Assembly: GCA_965658895.1 (NCBI GenBank)
Contig: CBFHUR010000004.1
Coordinates: 67,647 to 131,646, forward strand
Source: Candidatus Binatia bacterium
GTDB taxonomy: Bacteria; Desulfobacterota; Binatia; UBA12015
Reading direction: 5' to 3'
Length of the DNA stretch: 64,000 bases
Below the pieces are notes generated by a model, which did no database searches, was not told where the DNA came from, and worked only from the letters and a program-made list of their open reading frames with translations. Of this stretch, positions 49,584 through 59,356 are shown in pieces (position 1 is the first letter of the stretch; each line of letters opens with the position of its first letter). A program made the position numbers and the translations under genes.

Positions 49584-50647
49584 ATCCTCCGCAAAAGACA
49601 ACCGCGCAGATCCCGGACGGCGTGTGTCCGAGATCTGGCCCCGTGCAACGATTTGCACGACTCGGCCTCGTGCTCGCAGTCATGCTGCTGGTGCCAATCC
49701 GTGCCAGCGACCGGACCTATGCAGTCGCTCAGGGTGCACCCCAACCGACCAAGGCTTTCCTGCTCAACCCGGTGATCGAAGACAAGGCACCCCTCGAGAA
49801 ATTCGCCGACCCAGAACTCCAACGCGCACTTGAGGGAACACTGCTCGAGCTCGAGCGAACCCCGGATGTGGCAGAGAAGCGTCTCGGCGTCGCCTTGCTC
49901 GAAATCACCAACCCCGCGCGGCCTCGATTCGCAGCGGTGAACCCGAACGAGATGATGTATGCAGCCAGTCTGCCCAAGATCGCGGTCCTCTTCGCCGCCT
50001 TCGCGCAGATTCAATCGGGGCGCCTGCCGGCATCGCCGGAAATTCTGGATCGACTCAACCGGATGATTCGCTTTTCCTCGAATACCGATGCCTCCTGGAT
50101 CATGGAGCGCATCGGCAAGCCCTACATCGCCCAACTGCTCCAATCGCCACAATACCGTTTATACGACCCGGATCGCGGCGGCGGGCTGTGGGCCGGCAAG
50201 AACTACGGCAGTGGCGGCGTCTGGCGTCGCGATCCGATGGAGAACCTGAGTCATGCGGCCACTCCCCTTCAGGTGGCCCGATTCTTCTACATGCTGGATC
50301 GTGGCACCCTGATCGACCCCGCTGCCAGCGCCGCCATGTTGAAGATTCTGGACAACCCGGGCATCCACCATAAATTCGTGGCCGGCATGCGAGAGGCAGG
50401 AGACTCCGCACGCATTCACCGAAAATCAGGGAGCTGGGTGCATTGGCATGCCGATAGTGCCTTGATTCGAAACCGGGGCCGGAGCTTTATTCTGGTCGCC
50501 CTTTCCGAGCACCCCGACGGCGATCAATGGCTGCGCACCCTCGCTACCGCGATCGATGCCCTCGTCCAGGAGACCGAGGTCAGGGGCGAAGAAATTCGCT
50601 GGGTGGCACGCTCGTCAGCGGACCTCACCAGCACCCGCCGGCGCTGA
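49580..50647 (+). CDS. Class A beta-lactamase-fold serine hydrolase-like protein, secreted
   Basis: SxxK (AASLPKIA), an SDN-like loop (FSSNTDAS), KSG (HRKSGSW), and an N-terminal signal/TM segment. The ATGA overlaps the transporter stop. Confidence 0.7.
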   Translation: MNPPQKTTAQIPDGVCPRSGPVQRFARLGLVLAVMLLVPIRASDRTYAVAQGAPQPTKAFLLNPVIEDKAPLEKFADPELQRALEGTLLELERTPDVAEKRLGVALLEITNPARPRFAAVNPNEMMYAASLPKIAVLFAAFAQIQSGRLPASPEILDRLNRMIRFSSNTDASWIMERIGKPYIAQLLQSPQYRLYDPDRGGGLWAGKNYGSGGVWRRDPMENLSHAATPLQVARFFYMLDRGTLIDPAASAAMLKILDNPGIHHKFVAGMREAGDSARIHRKSGSWVHWHADSALIRNRGRSFILVALSEHPDGDQWLRTLATAIDALVQETEVRGEEIRWVARSSADLTSTRRR

Positions 50648-53602
50648 GCTCAAAACGCCGCTCGTCACGGGCCTCAACTGGCCGGGGCCGCCGGGGACCG
50701 CATCGAGATCCACCCGTGGATTCCCGCGAGCGACCCCCGTGTCCATCGCCATCAGTCGGGTGCTGCTTCGAGCCGCCTGACTCTCGACAAAGGGTCGAAT
50801 TTGCAAAAGCGCGACTCGCCCGTCGGCAACCCCGAATTCGATATCAGCGGGAAAGACGGCACCATCCTCGCCCTGCAACGCAGGGAAGTCCTCGCTCGCC
50901 TCTCGTGCCAGATCCAACAAGGCCTGGATCTCCGCGGGCGAGAGCAACGCCGGGGGACGCCGAGCCACAACCCGACGCAGGCCCCCCGCGGGGTCCAACT
51001 CACGCCGCTCCCGCAGACTTGCTTCCCCCAGAAGGCGAGTCTTGCCATCGGCTTGCCGCACCAGAAGAAGTTCTGCGGGCTGCCCGTCCACAACCCCGCC
51101 AATGCCCTCATTGACGGCGATCGTCACATGCCCCGCCTGCCCACCCTCGACGTCCGTGGTCACCAGCACCCCCGACTTTTCCGACGGAAAGGCCAGTTGG
51201 ATCAACACGGCAGGGAATACCCATTCCGGATCCTTCATATGCGACTGCCGCCACAGATAAGCCCGCTCGGAAAATGGCGAGGCCCATACCGCGCGGACGG
51301 CAGCAACGATCGCCTCTTCCCCGACAACATTGGGCACCGTGCGGTTCAGACCCGCACCGGTAAAGCCGGGGAGGTCCTCGACATTGGTATCGCTCCGAAC
51401 AAAAACCCCGTAGCTCAGGTCGGGACCAAAGGTCTCACGCAACTTCTGGCGCAGCCGGAGCGCAAATCCCCGGGGTAGTGGCGCGGTTTCGATGAACTGA
51501 CGGATACGTTCCAGAACACTCGCCCGCGTCTTTGCCGCCAGCGCCGGATCGTCCCTGAGGTAGCCCAGAACATCGTATTGACGCTTGAGCCAGACAAAGG
51601 CCTCCGGGCCCCCCTCCTCGATCGGCTGCGCCATGAAGTCCCGAAAGACGCCAAAGGGAACCACAACCCCTTGCGGAACTGCCTGCTCGAAGTAGCGCCG
51701 CAACTCTCCCAGATTGGCGCTCTTCGGTCCGGCAATCCGCCCCGAATCCCGACCTCGGATATCGTCAAGGGTCACCAGATCGGTATCCTCGAGTTCCAGC
51801 TTTTCCAGATCCGGCACGATCAGGGGGACAGCGGTCGCCTCTCCGGACTCCTGCTCGACAAAGGCCGACTCCCAGGCCTCCCCATCCAACGCGATTTCCA
51901 CAGCGCCTCCCGGACTCACCGCCACCACAATGCGCCGGCCCAGGTCGGCGCGCAGTCGATCCGCAACCGCCTTGCTGACCACGACATTCGGGATGCCCAG
52001 ATTCCGTGCGAGTAGTTGTATATGGGAGAGCGAGCTCCCCTCGCCCTCGGTCAGAATCCCGGCGACCGGGGGCAGCTCCGCTGTGGTTTCGGGCAAAAGA
52101 TAGATTCCCGTGGGGGAAAAATCAGCTACCGCCAAGCCCTCGCCCGCCGCGAGCACCCCGCGGGCCAGACCCGGGTTCAGTCCGCGCAAGCCCGACCCCA
52201 CATCTTTACCGAAGAGCCGATACCTCACGCCGGCCAGATCCGCCGCGTCGATGGACAAACTGTCCACGATCGCCGAATAGAACAGAAACGGGCTTCCCCG
52301 CAGTCGATCCTGCCAATAGAGATCCGCGAGAGGATCGAGTTGGCGAAACTTCTCGACCGCAGCCGACATCTCGAATCGCAAACGCCGGGCTGCCCATTCC
52401 GGCGCACGCGACAAATAAAGGACTTCCCGACGATACGTTTCGAGGTCCGGCCGTCTCTGGATCTCACGCAGGCTCTCCTGCAAAGCGGCGGACTGCCTGA
52501 CCGAAAGCAATCCGGTCCCGAACAAGGATCCGATCTCTTCTTTCAGCCAGAGAAGTCGTTGGCGACGGGTGGCAAAAGGTACCCGGCGAAGAAGTTCGTT
52601 GCCGGCAGCGTAGGTGGCCCCCTCCAGCGACAGGCTCGCATCCAGAAAAGGCAATCCCAATCCCGGCGTCCGGAATTCCGGTGCGCGGAGCCGCAAGCGG
52701 GTCAGGAGTCGACTGGTCAGAGAAAGGCGAAGCTCGGGATCGGGGGCCGCAGCGAGAGAGCGCGCGTCACGGAGCAAGCCGGCACGAAAATCACCCTCGG
52801 GCAAAAGCATCGCCAAGGCCTCCACGTCGGCAGCCGCCTCGGTCCCGCGATACAATCGATCGATCTTTTTCGCGAGGATAAGGTAGCCGGTGCCAACGCT
52901 GGCCTTGCCACTCTCCCGCGCATAGGCACGCACGCGTTCGGCATCCTCGGCATCGGGCTGTCCATGAATCTTGATCCGAAGCTCACGGAAGCCGGGGTCC
53001 TTGCGAGCAATCCAGGAGGCCGAGCTGCGCACATCGGCTGCCGAGATATCATTCTCCTGGGGCGTGCGCGGCAGATAGCGCGCCGATTCGCGCAGAACAA
53101 AGAAGTTCACCGGCCGCTGCCACTGGGGATCCGCCAGCATCGCTTCCAGAATCCGAAAGGTGCCGGCCTCCTCGTCCTCCGCCTGCAGGGCGCCCCGGTA
53201 GCTGCGGGCGGCGCGCAGAATCCAGCCATCGTCGGCCTCGACCAGAAATCGCTCCAGCAGAATCTGCTCAAGAATGGGACGACCTTCAGGACCGGCGAGT
53301 ACGGCCGGGTCAACCTCGACCATCAGATTCGCAATGAGGAACCCGCGGTCTCGGAGCGCCTGGGTGCGCTCGCTCCATTCCCCATGCTGGACGCCCCCTC
53401 CATGCCCCCGACAACCCTGATTGGCGGCGCGCACGGTACCGTCCTCGCAAAACCACCGAATACGCGAGAAAGGGCCTCGCGGCGCGCTCTTCATCTCGGC
53501 GATCCAGACCTTGGGGTCGACACCGGCGAGCGGGTCCGCAGCGCTGGCGGGCGCCGTCGTCAGAAAGACGCCGAGCAAAAGAGAATTCAGCAAAGAACGC
53601 AT
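50615..53602 (-). CDS. Signal-peptide-bearing multidomain protein: N-terminal unknown domain, PEP-utilising-enzyme mobile His domain, then C-terminal PPDK_N (pyruvate phosphate dikinase PEP/pyruvate-binding) domain
   Basis: Start is taken at MRSLLNSLLLGVFLTTAPASAADP. The swivel-domain motif GILTEGEGSSLSHIQLLARNLGIPNVVV has its catalytic His near residue 554 of the full ORF. The PPDK_N blocks IAGPKSANLGEL...VPFGVFRDF...GVFVRSDTNVEDLPGFTGAGLNRTV...IAVNEGIGGVVDGQP follow it. Confidence 0.7.
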   Translation of the reverse strand: MRSLLNSLLLGVFLTTAPASAADPLAGVDPKVWIAEMKSAPRGPFSRIRWFCEDGTVRAANQGCRGHGGGVQHGEWSERTQALRDRGFLIANLMVEVDPAVLAGPEGRPILEQILLERFLVEADDGWILRAARSYRGALQAEDEEAGTFRILEAMLADPQWQRPVNFFVLRESARYLPRTPQENDISAADVRSSASWIARKDPGFRELRIKIHGQPDAEDAERVRAYARESGKASVGTGYLILAKKIDRLYRGTEAAADVEALAMLLPEGDFRAGLLRDARSLAAAPDPELRLSLTSRLLTRLRLRAPEFRTPGLGLPFLDASLSLEGATYAAGNELLRRVPFATRRQRLLWLKEEIGSLFGTGLLSVRQSAALQESLREIQRRPDLETYRREVLYLSRAPEWAARRLRFEMSAAVEKFRQLDPLADLYWQDRLRGSPFLFYSAIVDSLSIDAADLAGVRYRLFGKDVGSGLRGLNPGLARGVLAAGEGLAVADFSPTGIYLLPETTAELPPVAGILTEGEGSSLSHIQLLARNLGIPNVVVSKAVADRLRADLGRRIVVAVSPGGAVEIALDGEAWESAFVEQESGEATAVPLIVPDLEKLELEDTDLVTLDDIRGRDSGRIAGPKSANLGELRRYFEQAVPQGVVVPFGVFRDFMAQPIEEGGPEAFVWLKRQYDVLGYLRDDPALAAKTRASVLERIRQFIETAPLPRGFALRLRQKLRETFGPDLSYGVFVRSDTNVEDLPGFTGAGLNRTVPNVVGEEAIVAAVRAVWASPFSERAYLWRQSHMKDPEWVFPAVLIQLAFPSEKSGVLVTTDVEGGQAGHVTIAVNEGIGGVVDGQPAELLLVRQADGKTRLLGEASLRERRELDPAGGLRRVVARRPPALLSPAEIQALLDLAREASEDFPALQGEDGAVFPADIEFGVADGRVALLQIRPFVESQAARSSTRLMAMDTGVARGNPRVDLDAVPGGPGQLRPVTSGVLSSAPAGAGEVR

Positions 53603-53642
53603 CACACCCTCGGCGGTATCGGCCCCAAAGCGATCGCGCAAG

Positions 53643-55949
53643 CTAGAGCAATTGCAGCTGGACGGGCTTGCCCAGAGCCTCATCGAAACTGGTGCGAATC
53701 TCGGGCAGGATCGCGTCGGCGATGGGGCGCATCAACTTCTCCAGAGCATGATTGCGGTCAATCTCGCGCGGCAAGGGACGACCGGGCAGGACCGGCTCCG
53801 GGCCTGTCGCGGTGATCACGTAGCGAATGACAGATCCGGCATCCTTGCCCGCCTTGCGAGCGGCCTGCACGTGCGGTGGAATACTTTTGACATAGCGCGA
53901 GAGGTCCCCCTTGCGCAGCCGTTTGGTATAAACGCATTCCGCATCCAGCGAACCGGAACGGACCTGCTCGACCAATTCCTTGAGCCATGGCAACACCGGC
54001 TCCTCGCGAAACAATCGCTCCAGAAGACCCCGCTGCAGACGCCGCGAGAGCTCGGGCCAATCCCGGCGGACAGCTTCGAGACCGACCAGATGCAGCTTGT
54101 TGTCCCGCCAACCGGCATACCGTTTTTTGCTGCCGGTTCGGCCGCCCCGGACCCGGGGCAGAAAAAATTTCTCGAGGACGTACTCCAACTCCAGAACGAG
54201 ACGCGGCTCGACCCCGTAGTCCTCTCGTATCCGCTGGCAGATTCGTTCCTCAACCGCCGCGCGCATCTGCTCGGCCAGAGCCGCGGGGGCCTGCCCCGGG
54301 CCGGGGTTCATCTTGACGAAAACCGAGTCGGTATCGCCATAGAGCACCGTCAACCCGAGTTCCTGAAACGCCGCCTCGGTCCAGCGCAACGTCTGCTGCC
54401 CAAAGGCCGTGATCGCGTTGGCAATATCCGGGTCGGCGAAACGACAACCCGGCGAAGCCAGAACGCCGAACAGGGAGTTCATCAAAACCTTGATCGCCTG
54501 GTCGCCGTGTTTGTCGCCGCGGGCCCGGGCCTCCTTGCGGCTTTTGGCGAGATCATCCAGAAGATCCGGCAAAATCGCGACATCGCGCGAAAACCGGGCC
54601 TCATTCGGCGCGACCAACGCATCGTCCCCGGCACAGGCAAAGCCGAGCGGGTCCAGACCGAAAGTTCGGATCAGGCTGGGATAGAGACTCTTGAAATCAA
54701 ATACGGCCACATGGGAATAGAGCCCGGGCAGCGACTCCAGAACCGCACCACCGGCCACCTTGCCCATCGGTGCGTTGCGCTGCACGCTGGGAGCCACGAA
54801 TCCCCGTCGGCGCAACTCGGGTAGATAGAGGCGATCAAAGGAAGCCACGCTCGCGCTCACCCGATCCAGAGGCATCCCGCACAACTGGCTGCGCTCGCAG
54901 GCCAGTTCCAACAATCCTTCCTGCTCGAGAATCTCGCCAACCAACCGGGCATCCTCGCGATTATAGGCAGCCAGAGCCTTGGGGTCCTCGCGGTAGAGAC
55001 GTTGAATTTCCGCGGCAGCATCCGTGACACTTTTATCGATTCTCTTGCCCTTGCCCACAACCGAGCGCGCGACAGTCTCGAGCCGATAGTCCGGCAAACG
55101 AATCGCCTCACGGACCAGACCAATCCCGTCGACCACGACGCGGCCGGGGATCTCCACGCGCCCCTGCCGGGTAAAACTTGCGTCCTGCTGGAAGACCATC
55201 TCCCCGGGCACCCGCCCCAACTCCAGACGGATGCCGAGTGATTCTGCACGGCGCGCGAGGACCCGGAGATCAAAATCAACCACGTTCCAGCCGATGATAA
55301 TATCGGGATCCATCGCACGGATCCGCTCGCTGAGGGCCTCGAGGAGTGCTTTCTCGTCGGGAACGCGACGGGCCCGATGGACCCTTTTGTCCGAAACGAT
55401 ATGCACCTCGTCGGCACCTCCGCCCACCAGGGCGAAGGAAAGGATTTGCCCCGCATCGGGTGTCGTCTCGATATCGAGTGAAACCGAAACCAGTGACGGA
55501 TCTGCCCGCGCCGGACGGAGCGTCGGATTATGGAAATAAGCCAGTCCACGTTCGGCCTGGATCGGATCTTCTTCGATCCGAACCCCCGCACGCAAGCCGT
55601 GGTCCATCAGGTAGCGATAGGGAAAGCGAAGGTCGCCCTCGAGCGGGCGCGTCCCCGATTTTTCCAGACGTTGTCGCCAGCGAGGCAATTCCGCGGGATC
55701 CTCAAAGCCGATCCGGGCAACCTTCTGGCCCTCGAGATCGACCAGACGGCCGACTTCAATCGTCAGACCGTCGCGGTTCTTCAATTTCTCCAAATCGCGC
55801 GTCCGCAAAAAAAAGTAGGGACGGAAGCGATCGTCCTCGATCAGAAACGGGCCCCCGTCATCGAGGCGACCAAAGAGCCGCACCACCGGCACCCCACTGC
55901 GGAGGCGATAGGTCGGCTGCAATATGATTCCGGTCGGCACGAGAGCCAA
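53643..55949 (-). CDS. polB: Family B DNA polymerase (DNA polymerase II)
   Basis: Exo I (LDIETT), Pol motif A (FDFKSLYPSLI), motif C (YGDTDSVFV) and KKRYAG. Confidence 0.9.
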   Translation of the reverse strand: MALVPTGIILQPTYRLRSGVPVVRLFGRLDDGGPFLIEDDRFRPYFFLRTRDLEKLKNRDGLTIEVGRLVDLEGQKVARIGFEDPAELPRWRQRLEKSGTRPLEGDLRFPYRYLMDHGLRAGVRIEEDPIQAERGLAYFHNPTLRPARADPSLVSVSLDIETTPDAGQILSFALVGGGADEVHIVSDKRVHRARRVPDEKALLEALSERIRAMDPDIIIGWNVVDFDLRVLARRAESLGIRLELGRVPGEMVFQQDASFTRQGRVEIPGRVVVDGIGLVREAIRLPDYRLETVARSVVGKGKRIDKSVTDAAAEIQRLYREDPKALAAYNREDARLVGEILEQEGLLELACERSQLCGMPLDRVSASVASFDRLYLPELRRRGFVAPSVQRNAPMGKVAGGAVLESLPGLYSHVAVFDFKSLYPSLIRTFGLDPLGFACAGDDALVAPNEARFSRDVAILPDLLDDLAKSRKEARARGDKHGDQAIKVLMNSLFGVLASPGCRFADPDIANAITAFGQQTLRWTEAAFQELGLTVLYGDTDSVFVKMNPGPGQAPAALAEQMRAAVEERICQRIREDYGVEPRLVLELEYVLEKFFLPRVRGGRTGSKKRYAGWRDNKLHLVGLEAVRRDWPELSRRLQRGLLERLFREEPVLPWLKELVEQVRSGSLDAECVYTKRLRKGDLSRYVKSIPPHVQAARKAGKDAGSVIRYVITATGPEPVLPGRPLPREIDRNHALEKLMRPIADAILPEIRTSFDEALGKPVQLQLL

Positions 55950-55991
55950 AATTGGTCCGGGAGCGCAGCAAGATCAAGCCTTGGCGCCCTT

Positions 55992-57194
55992 CTATTCGGG
56001 AATTGTGCGAATTCGGGGATGTATCGTTGCATAAACGACGCCCCCGGCCATCAAAAGAAGGTTCAAAAAGACCGGTCCGCCGGGATCGATCGCATGCAGA
56101 TATCCACCCAGAAGAGGGCCGATAATGTTCCCGGTCACGCCCACGGCATTGAGCAGGCCGGCCACTGCGCCCTGCTCTTCTGCCGAAACCGCCAGCGACG
56201 ATGCCGCGGCGTTTCCGGGACGAACCAAACCGAGGCCCAGCCCGAGAAAAGCCAATCCGACCAGATAGATCCCAAAGGAATCGCCGACCCAGAGCGTGGC
56301 AAATCCGATCATCGCCGACCCCAAACCCCCGCGGATCATCAGGGAAGGTGCGGGCCGTAATCGTTGCACCACGATGAGCTGAGACACCAGTCCCGCCATC
56401 GCCAGGACCATAAAGCCGATACCGGCAGCGCGGCCGGTTTCTTCGGAACTGAGGATCAACTGATCCTGCAGAAAAAAGGCCAACGTAATCATCGTCACCG
56501 CCCGCACCGCCTGCATCAGGATCTGGAGCAGGAAAAACGGACGAATCCGGGCGTCCAAAAAGGATAGTCTTGTCTGAGGCCGATCGCTCTCGGGCTTTTG
56601 CGGGAGGGAATCCGGCAACCAGAAATAAATCACCAGGGCGCTGGCCACCGCGAGACCGGCCGAAAAATAGATCGGCGCCAGCAGACCAAAGACCGTCAGG
56701 ACCGCACCGGCAGCTGGCCCCAACGTCTGGCCGACACCAAAAGCCGCATTGATCAGTGCCACCCCGGCGGCGCGATCCTCGGGGCCGGTGCGATCGGCGA
56801 CAAAGGCCTGCGCTGCCGGCGGCGTGGCCGAACCGATCGCGCCGAAGACACAACGTGAGGCGATCATCGCCGGCCACGCGATGGTTACCGTGAGCGCGCC
56901 TTCGAGAGTCGCGCCGATCACTGCGGCCAGCAAGACCATCGACAAGCCGTAGCCCAGCAATCCGATCAGGATCACACGACGGCGACCAACGCGGTCGGAG
57001 AGACGCCCCCATGACGGGCTCGTGAAGGCCCAGAAGACAGCCGAGACGACAAAAATCGTGGATACCTCGATCGAGGACAATCCGATTTCACGCGCCGCGG
57101 GGGGAAGGATCGCAAACAACATGGCCTGCCCCATGCCCGTGCTGACCAGGCAGGGGAAAAGCAGACGGAAAGCCTTGCGTGTGTCTTCCGTCAT
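55992..57194 (-). CDS. MFS transporter
   Basis: 12-TM architecture with the MFS motif GRLSDRVGRRRVILIG between TM2 and TM3. Start is taken at MTEDTRKAF. Confidence 0.8.
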   Translation of the reverse strand: MTEDTRKAFRLLFPCLVSTGMGQAMLFAILPPAAREIGLSSIEVSTIFVVSAVFWAFTSPSWGRLSDRVGRRRVILIGLLGYGLSMVLLAAVIGATLEGALTVTIAWPAMIASRCVFGAIGSATPPAAQAFVADRTGPEDRAAGVALINAAFGVGQTLGPAAGAVLTVFGLLAPIYFSAGLAVASALVIYFWLPDSLPQKPESDRPQTRLSFLDARIRPFFLLQILMQAVRAVTMITLAFFLQDQLILSSEETGRAAGIGFMVLAMAGLVSQLIVVQRLRPAPSLMIRGGLGSAMIGFATLWVGDSFGIYLVGLAFLGLGLGLVRPGNAAASSLAVSAEEQGAVAGLLNAVGVTGNIIGPLLGGYLHAIDPGGPVFLNLLLMAGGVVYATIHPRIRTIPE

Positions 57195-57325
57195 CACCGG
57201 GTACCTTAACGCATCGAAATCGACCCGCACGCGCGCGTTGCATCCTGCCTCTTGAACCCGGCGGCCCCGGTGACATAAAACACGGCAGAGCGGTCCCGGA
57301 GGGCGGCGCGAAGAAGGGATTCTGA

Positions 57326-58570
57326 ATGAGCAATTTTGAGAAATTCAATCTCGTGGATGGAGCGGATTACGCCAACCATGGCTACCCGCACCCGCTTTGG
57401 GAGCAACTGCGCCAGGAGTCTCCGATCCATTGGTATGACCAGACGGCCGGGCGTCCTTTCTGGTGTTTCACCCGCCATGAGGACATCATTGCCATCGGCA
57501 AGGACCCCGAGAGGTTTGCCAGCGGACCACGGCTGGTCCTGCAAAATCATCCGGAAAACGACAACAGCTTCATGCCGCCGACATTGATCCAGCTCGACCC
57601 ACCCAAACACGGCGACTACCGGTCGATGGCGGTCAAACGCTTCACACCGGGGCGAATGCGCACAATGCATCCCGACATCGACCGAATTGCCCGCGAGATC
57701 GTCGACGAGCTGCTCGAGCTTGGCGACGAGACGACCTGCGATTTCGTCGAGAAAGTCTCGGCCCCGCTCCCCATCGCGGTGATCGCGTGGATGCTCGGGG
57801 TACCCCGCGAAGACTGGCCGCTGCTCTTTGATTGGACCAATCGGATCATCGGTGCGGGCGACCCGGAATTTCAGGGGGAAGGCATGGACGCGAGTGCCAC
57901 GGCGCAGACCGCGATGGTCGAGCTCTTTGGTTATTTTACCGAACTTGCGAAGGAAAAAAGGCAAAACCCGGGCGAGGACCTGACCACATTATTCACCCAG
58001 ATGGAGTATGACGGGAAACCGCTACCCGACATCGACGTGATGACCTGGTGCTTGATTATCGTCGTGGCCGGCAACGAGACGACCCGCAATGCAACCAGCG
58101 GCGGGATGCTGGCCTTCATCGAGCACCCCGAGGAAATGCGCAAACTGCAGGACAATCTCGACCTGATGAAGCCCGCGGTCGAAGAGATTGTTCGCTGGAC
58201 CAGCCCCATCATTCACTTCGCCCGCACAGCGACCTGCGATGTCGACTACAAAGGCGTGAAGATCCGGGAGGGCGATGCGATCGGCCTCTTCTATCCCTCG
58301 GCCAACCGCGATGAGGCGGTCTTCGAGAACCCCTATCAGTTCCGGATCGACCGCACCCCCAATCACCATCTGGGATTCGGTCAGGGAGAGCATTTCTGCC
58401 TCGGGGCTCACGTCGCCAGACTCGAGATGGAATTTGCCTACAAATACCTGCTGCCCAGGATCGAAGAGGTCGAGCTGGCCGGGGAGGTCAAACGCCTGCA
58501 TTCGCCTCTGGTCGGCGGGGTCAAGGAGCTGCCGATCCGGATCAAGCTGCGCAAGGACCTCCGCAGCTGA
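57326..58570 (+). CDS. Cytochrome P450
   Basis: Heme-binding loop FGQGEHFCLGAHVAR, I-helix AGNETT and ExxR (EEIVRW). Confidence 0.9.
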   Translation: MSNFEKFNLVDGADYANHGYPHPLWEQLRQESPIHWYDQTAGRPFWCFTRHEDIIAIGKDPERFASGPRLVLQNHPENDNSFMPPTLIQLDPPKHGDYRSMAVKRFTPGRMRTMHPDIDRIAREIVDELLELGDETTCDFVEKVSAPLPIAVIAWMLGVPREDWPLLFDWTNRIIGAGDPEFQGEGMDASATAQTAMVELFGYFTELAKEKRQNPGEDLTTLFTQMEYDGKPLPDIDVMTWCLIIVVAGNETTRNATSGGMLAFIEHPEEMRKLQDNLDLMKPAVEEIVRWTSPIIHFARTATCDVDYKGVKIREGDAIGLFYPSANRDEAVFENPYQFRIDRTPNHHLGFGQGEHFCLGAHVARLEMEFAYKYLLPRIEEVELAGEVKRLHSPLVGGVKELPIRIKLRKDLRS

Positions 58571-59353
58571 TTATTTGCCCGTGAAAACCGGAGGCCTTTT
58601 CGCAAGAAAGGCGCGCACGCCCTCCTCGTAATCTTCGCTATGGTAGCAGGCATCAATGGACGAGGACCAGGCGGCGCGGTCGCGATCTCCTGTCGCGCCG
58701 GCCAGTTGGTTCTGGATCAGCTTCCCGCTGCGCAACGTCAGCGGCGCATTTCGGGCGATGCCCTCGGCAACCTTGCGCACATAGGTCTCGAGGTCCCCCT
58801 TCGGGAGCACTTCGTTGACCAGACCGAGCCGCAACGCATCTGGCGCCGAAAAACGTCGAGCGGTGAAAAAGATCTCCTTGGCCGCCGGCAGGCCCACGGT
58901 CGCCACCAGCGACTCCTGCAGGGACGCGCCGTAGCCGAGTCCCAATCGTGCGGCCGGAATCGCGAAGACACCGTCGTCCGCCGTATAACGCAGATCGGCT
59001 TTCAGAGAGAGTGCCGCACCACCACCGACGCAAAACCCATGGATCATGGCGATCACCGGCTTGGGGCAATCCCCGATCGCGGCAAAAGCCTTGCTGTTAT
59101 TGGCGTCATAGCTGCTCGCGGCAGCACCGGTGCGTAAAGTCCCGAACTCGGAAATATCGGCGCCCGAGACAAACGCGACCTCTCCGGCCCCGCGAAGCAA
59201 AACCACCCGCACCTCGGGGTCGGCGACCATGTCGGCCATGGCCTGCGGAATCGCTTCCCACATGGCCGCGTTAATCGCATTTCGTCGCTCCTCGTGGTCA
59301 AAGATCACCCAGCCCAGAGCACCTTCACGAACGGTTCGAACCACCCCCGCCAT
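58571..59353 (-). CDS. Enoyl-CoA hydratase/isomerase (crotonase) family protein
   Basis: AFVSGADISEF and HGFCVGGGAALSLKADLRY oxyanion-hole blocks. Confidence 0.85.
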   Translation of the reverse strand: MAGVVRTVREGALGWVIFDHEERRNAINAAMWEAIPQAMADMVADPEVRVVLLRGAGEVAFVSGADISEFGTLRTGAAASSYDANNSKAFAAIGDCPKPVIAMIHGFCVGGGAALSLKADLRYTADDGVFAIPAARLGLGYGASLQESLVATVGLPAAKEIFFTARRFSAPDALRLGLVNEVLPKGDLETYVRKVAEGIARNAPLTLRSGKLIQNQLAGATGDRDRAAWSSSIDACYHSEDYEEGVRAFLAKRPPVFTGK

Positions 59354-59356
59354 CGG

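Noticed and set aside
52016-53815. 599-aa plus-strand ORF antisense to the PEP-utilising-type gene; similar long antisense ORFs at 18263-19645 and 44378-45550
   Set aside because: They show no motifs and a biased R/P/G composition. They are fully contained in the opposite strand of strongly supported genes.
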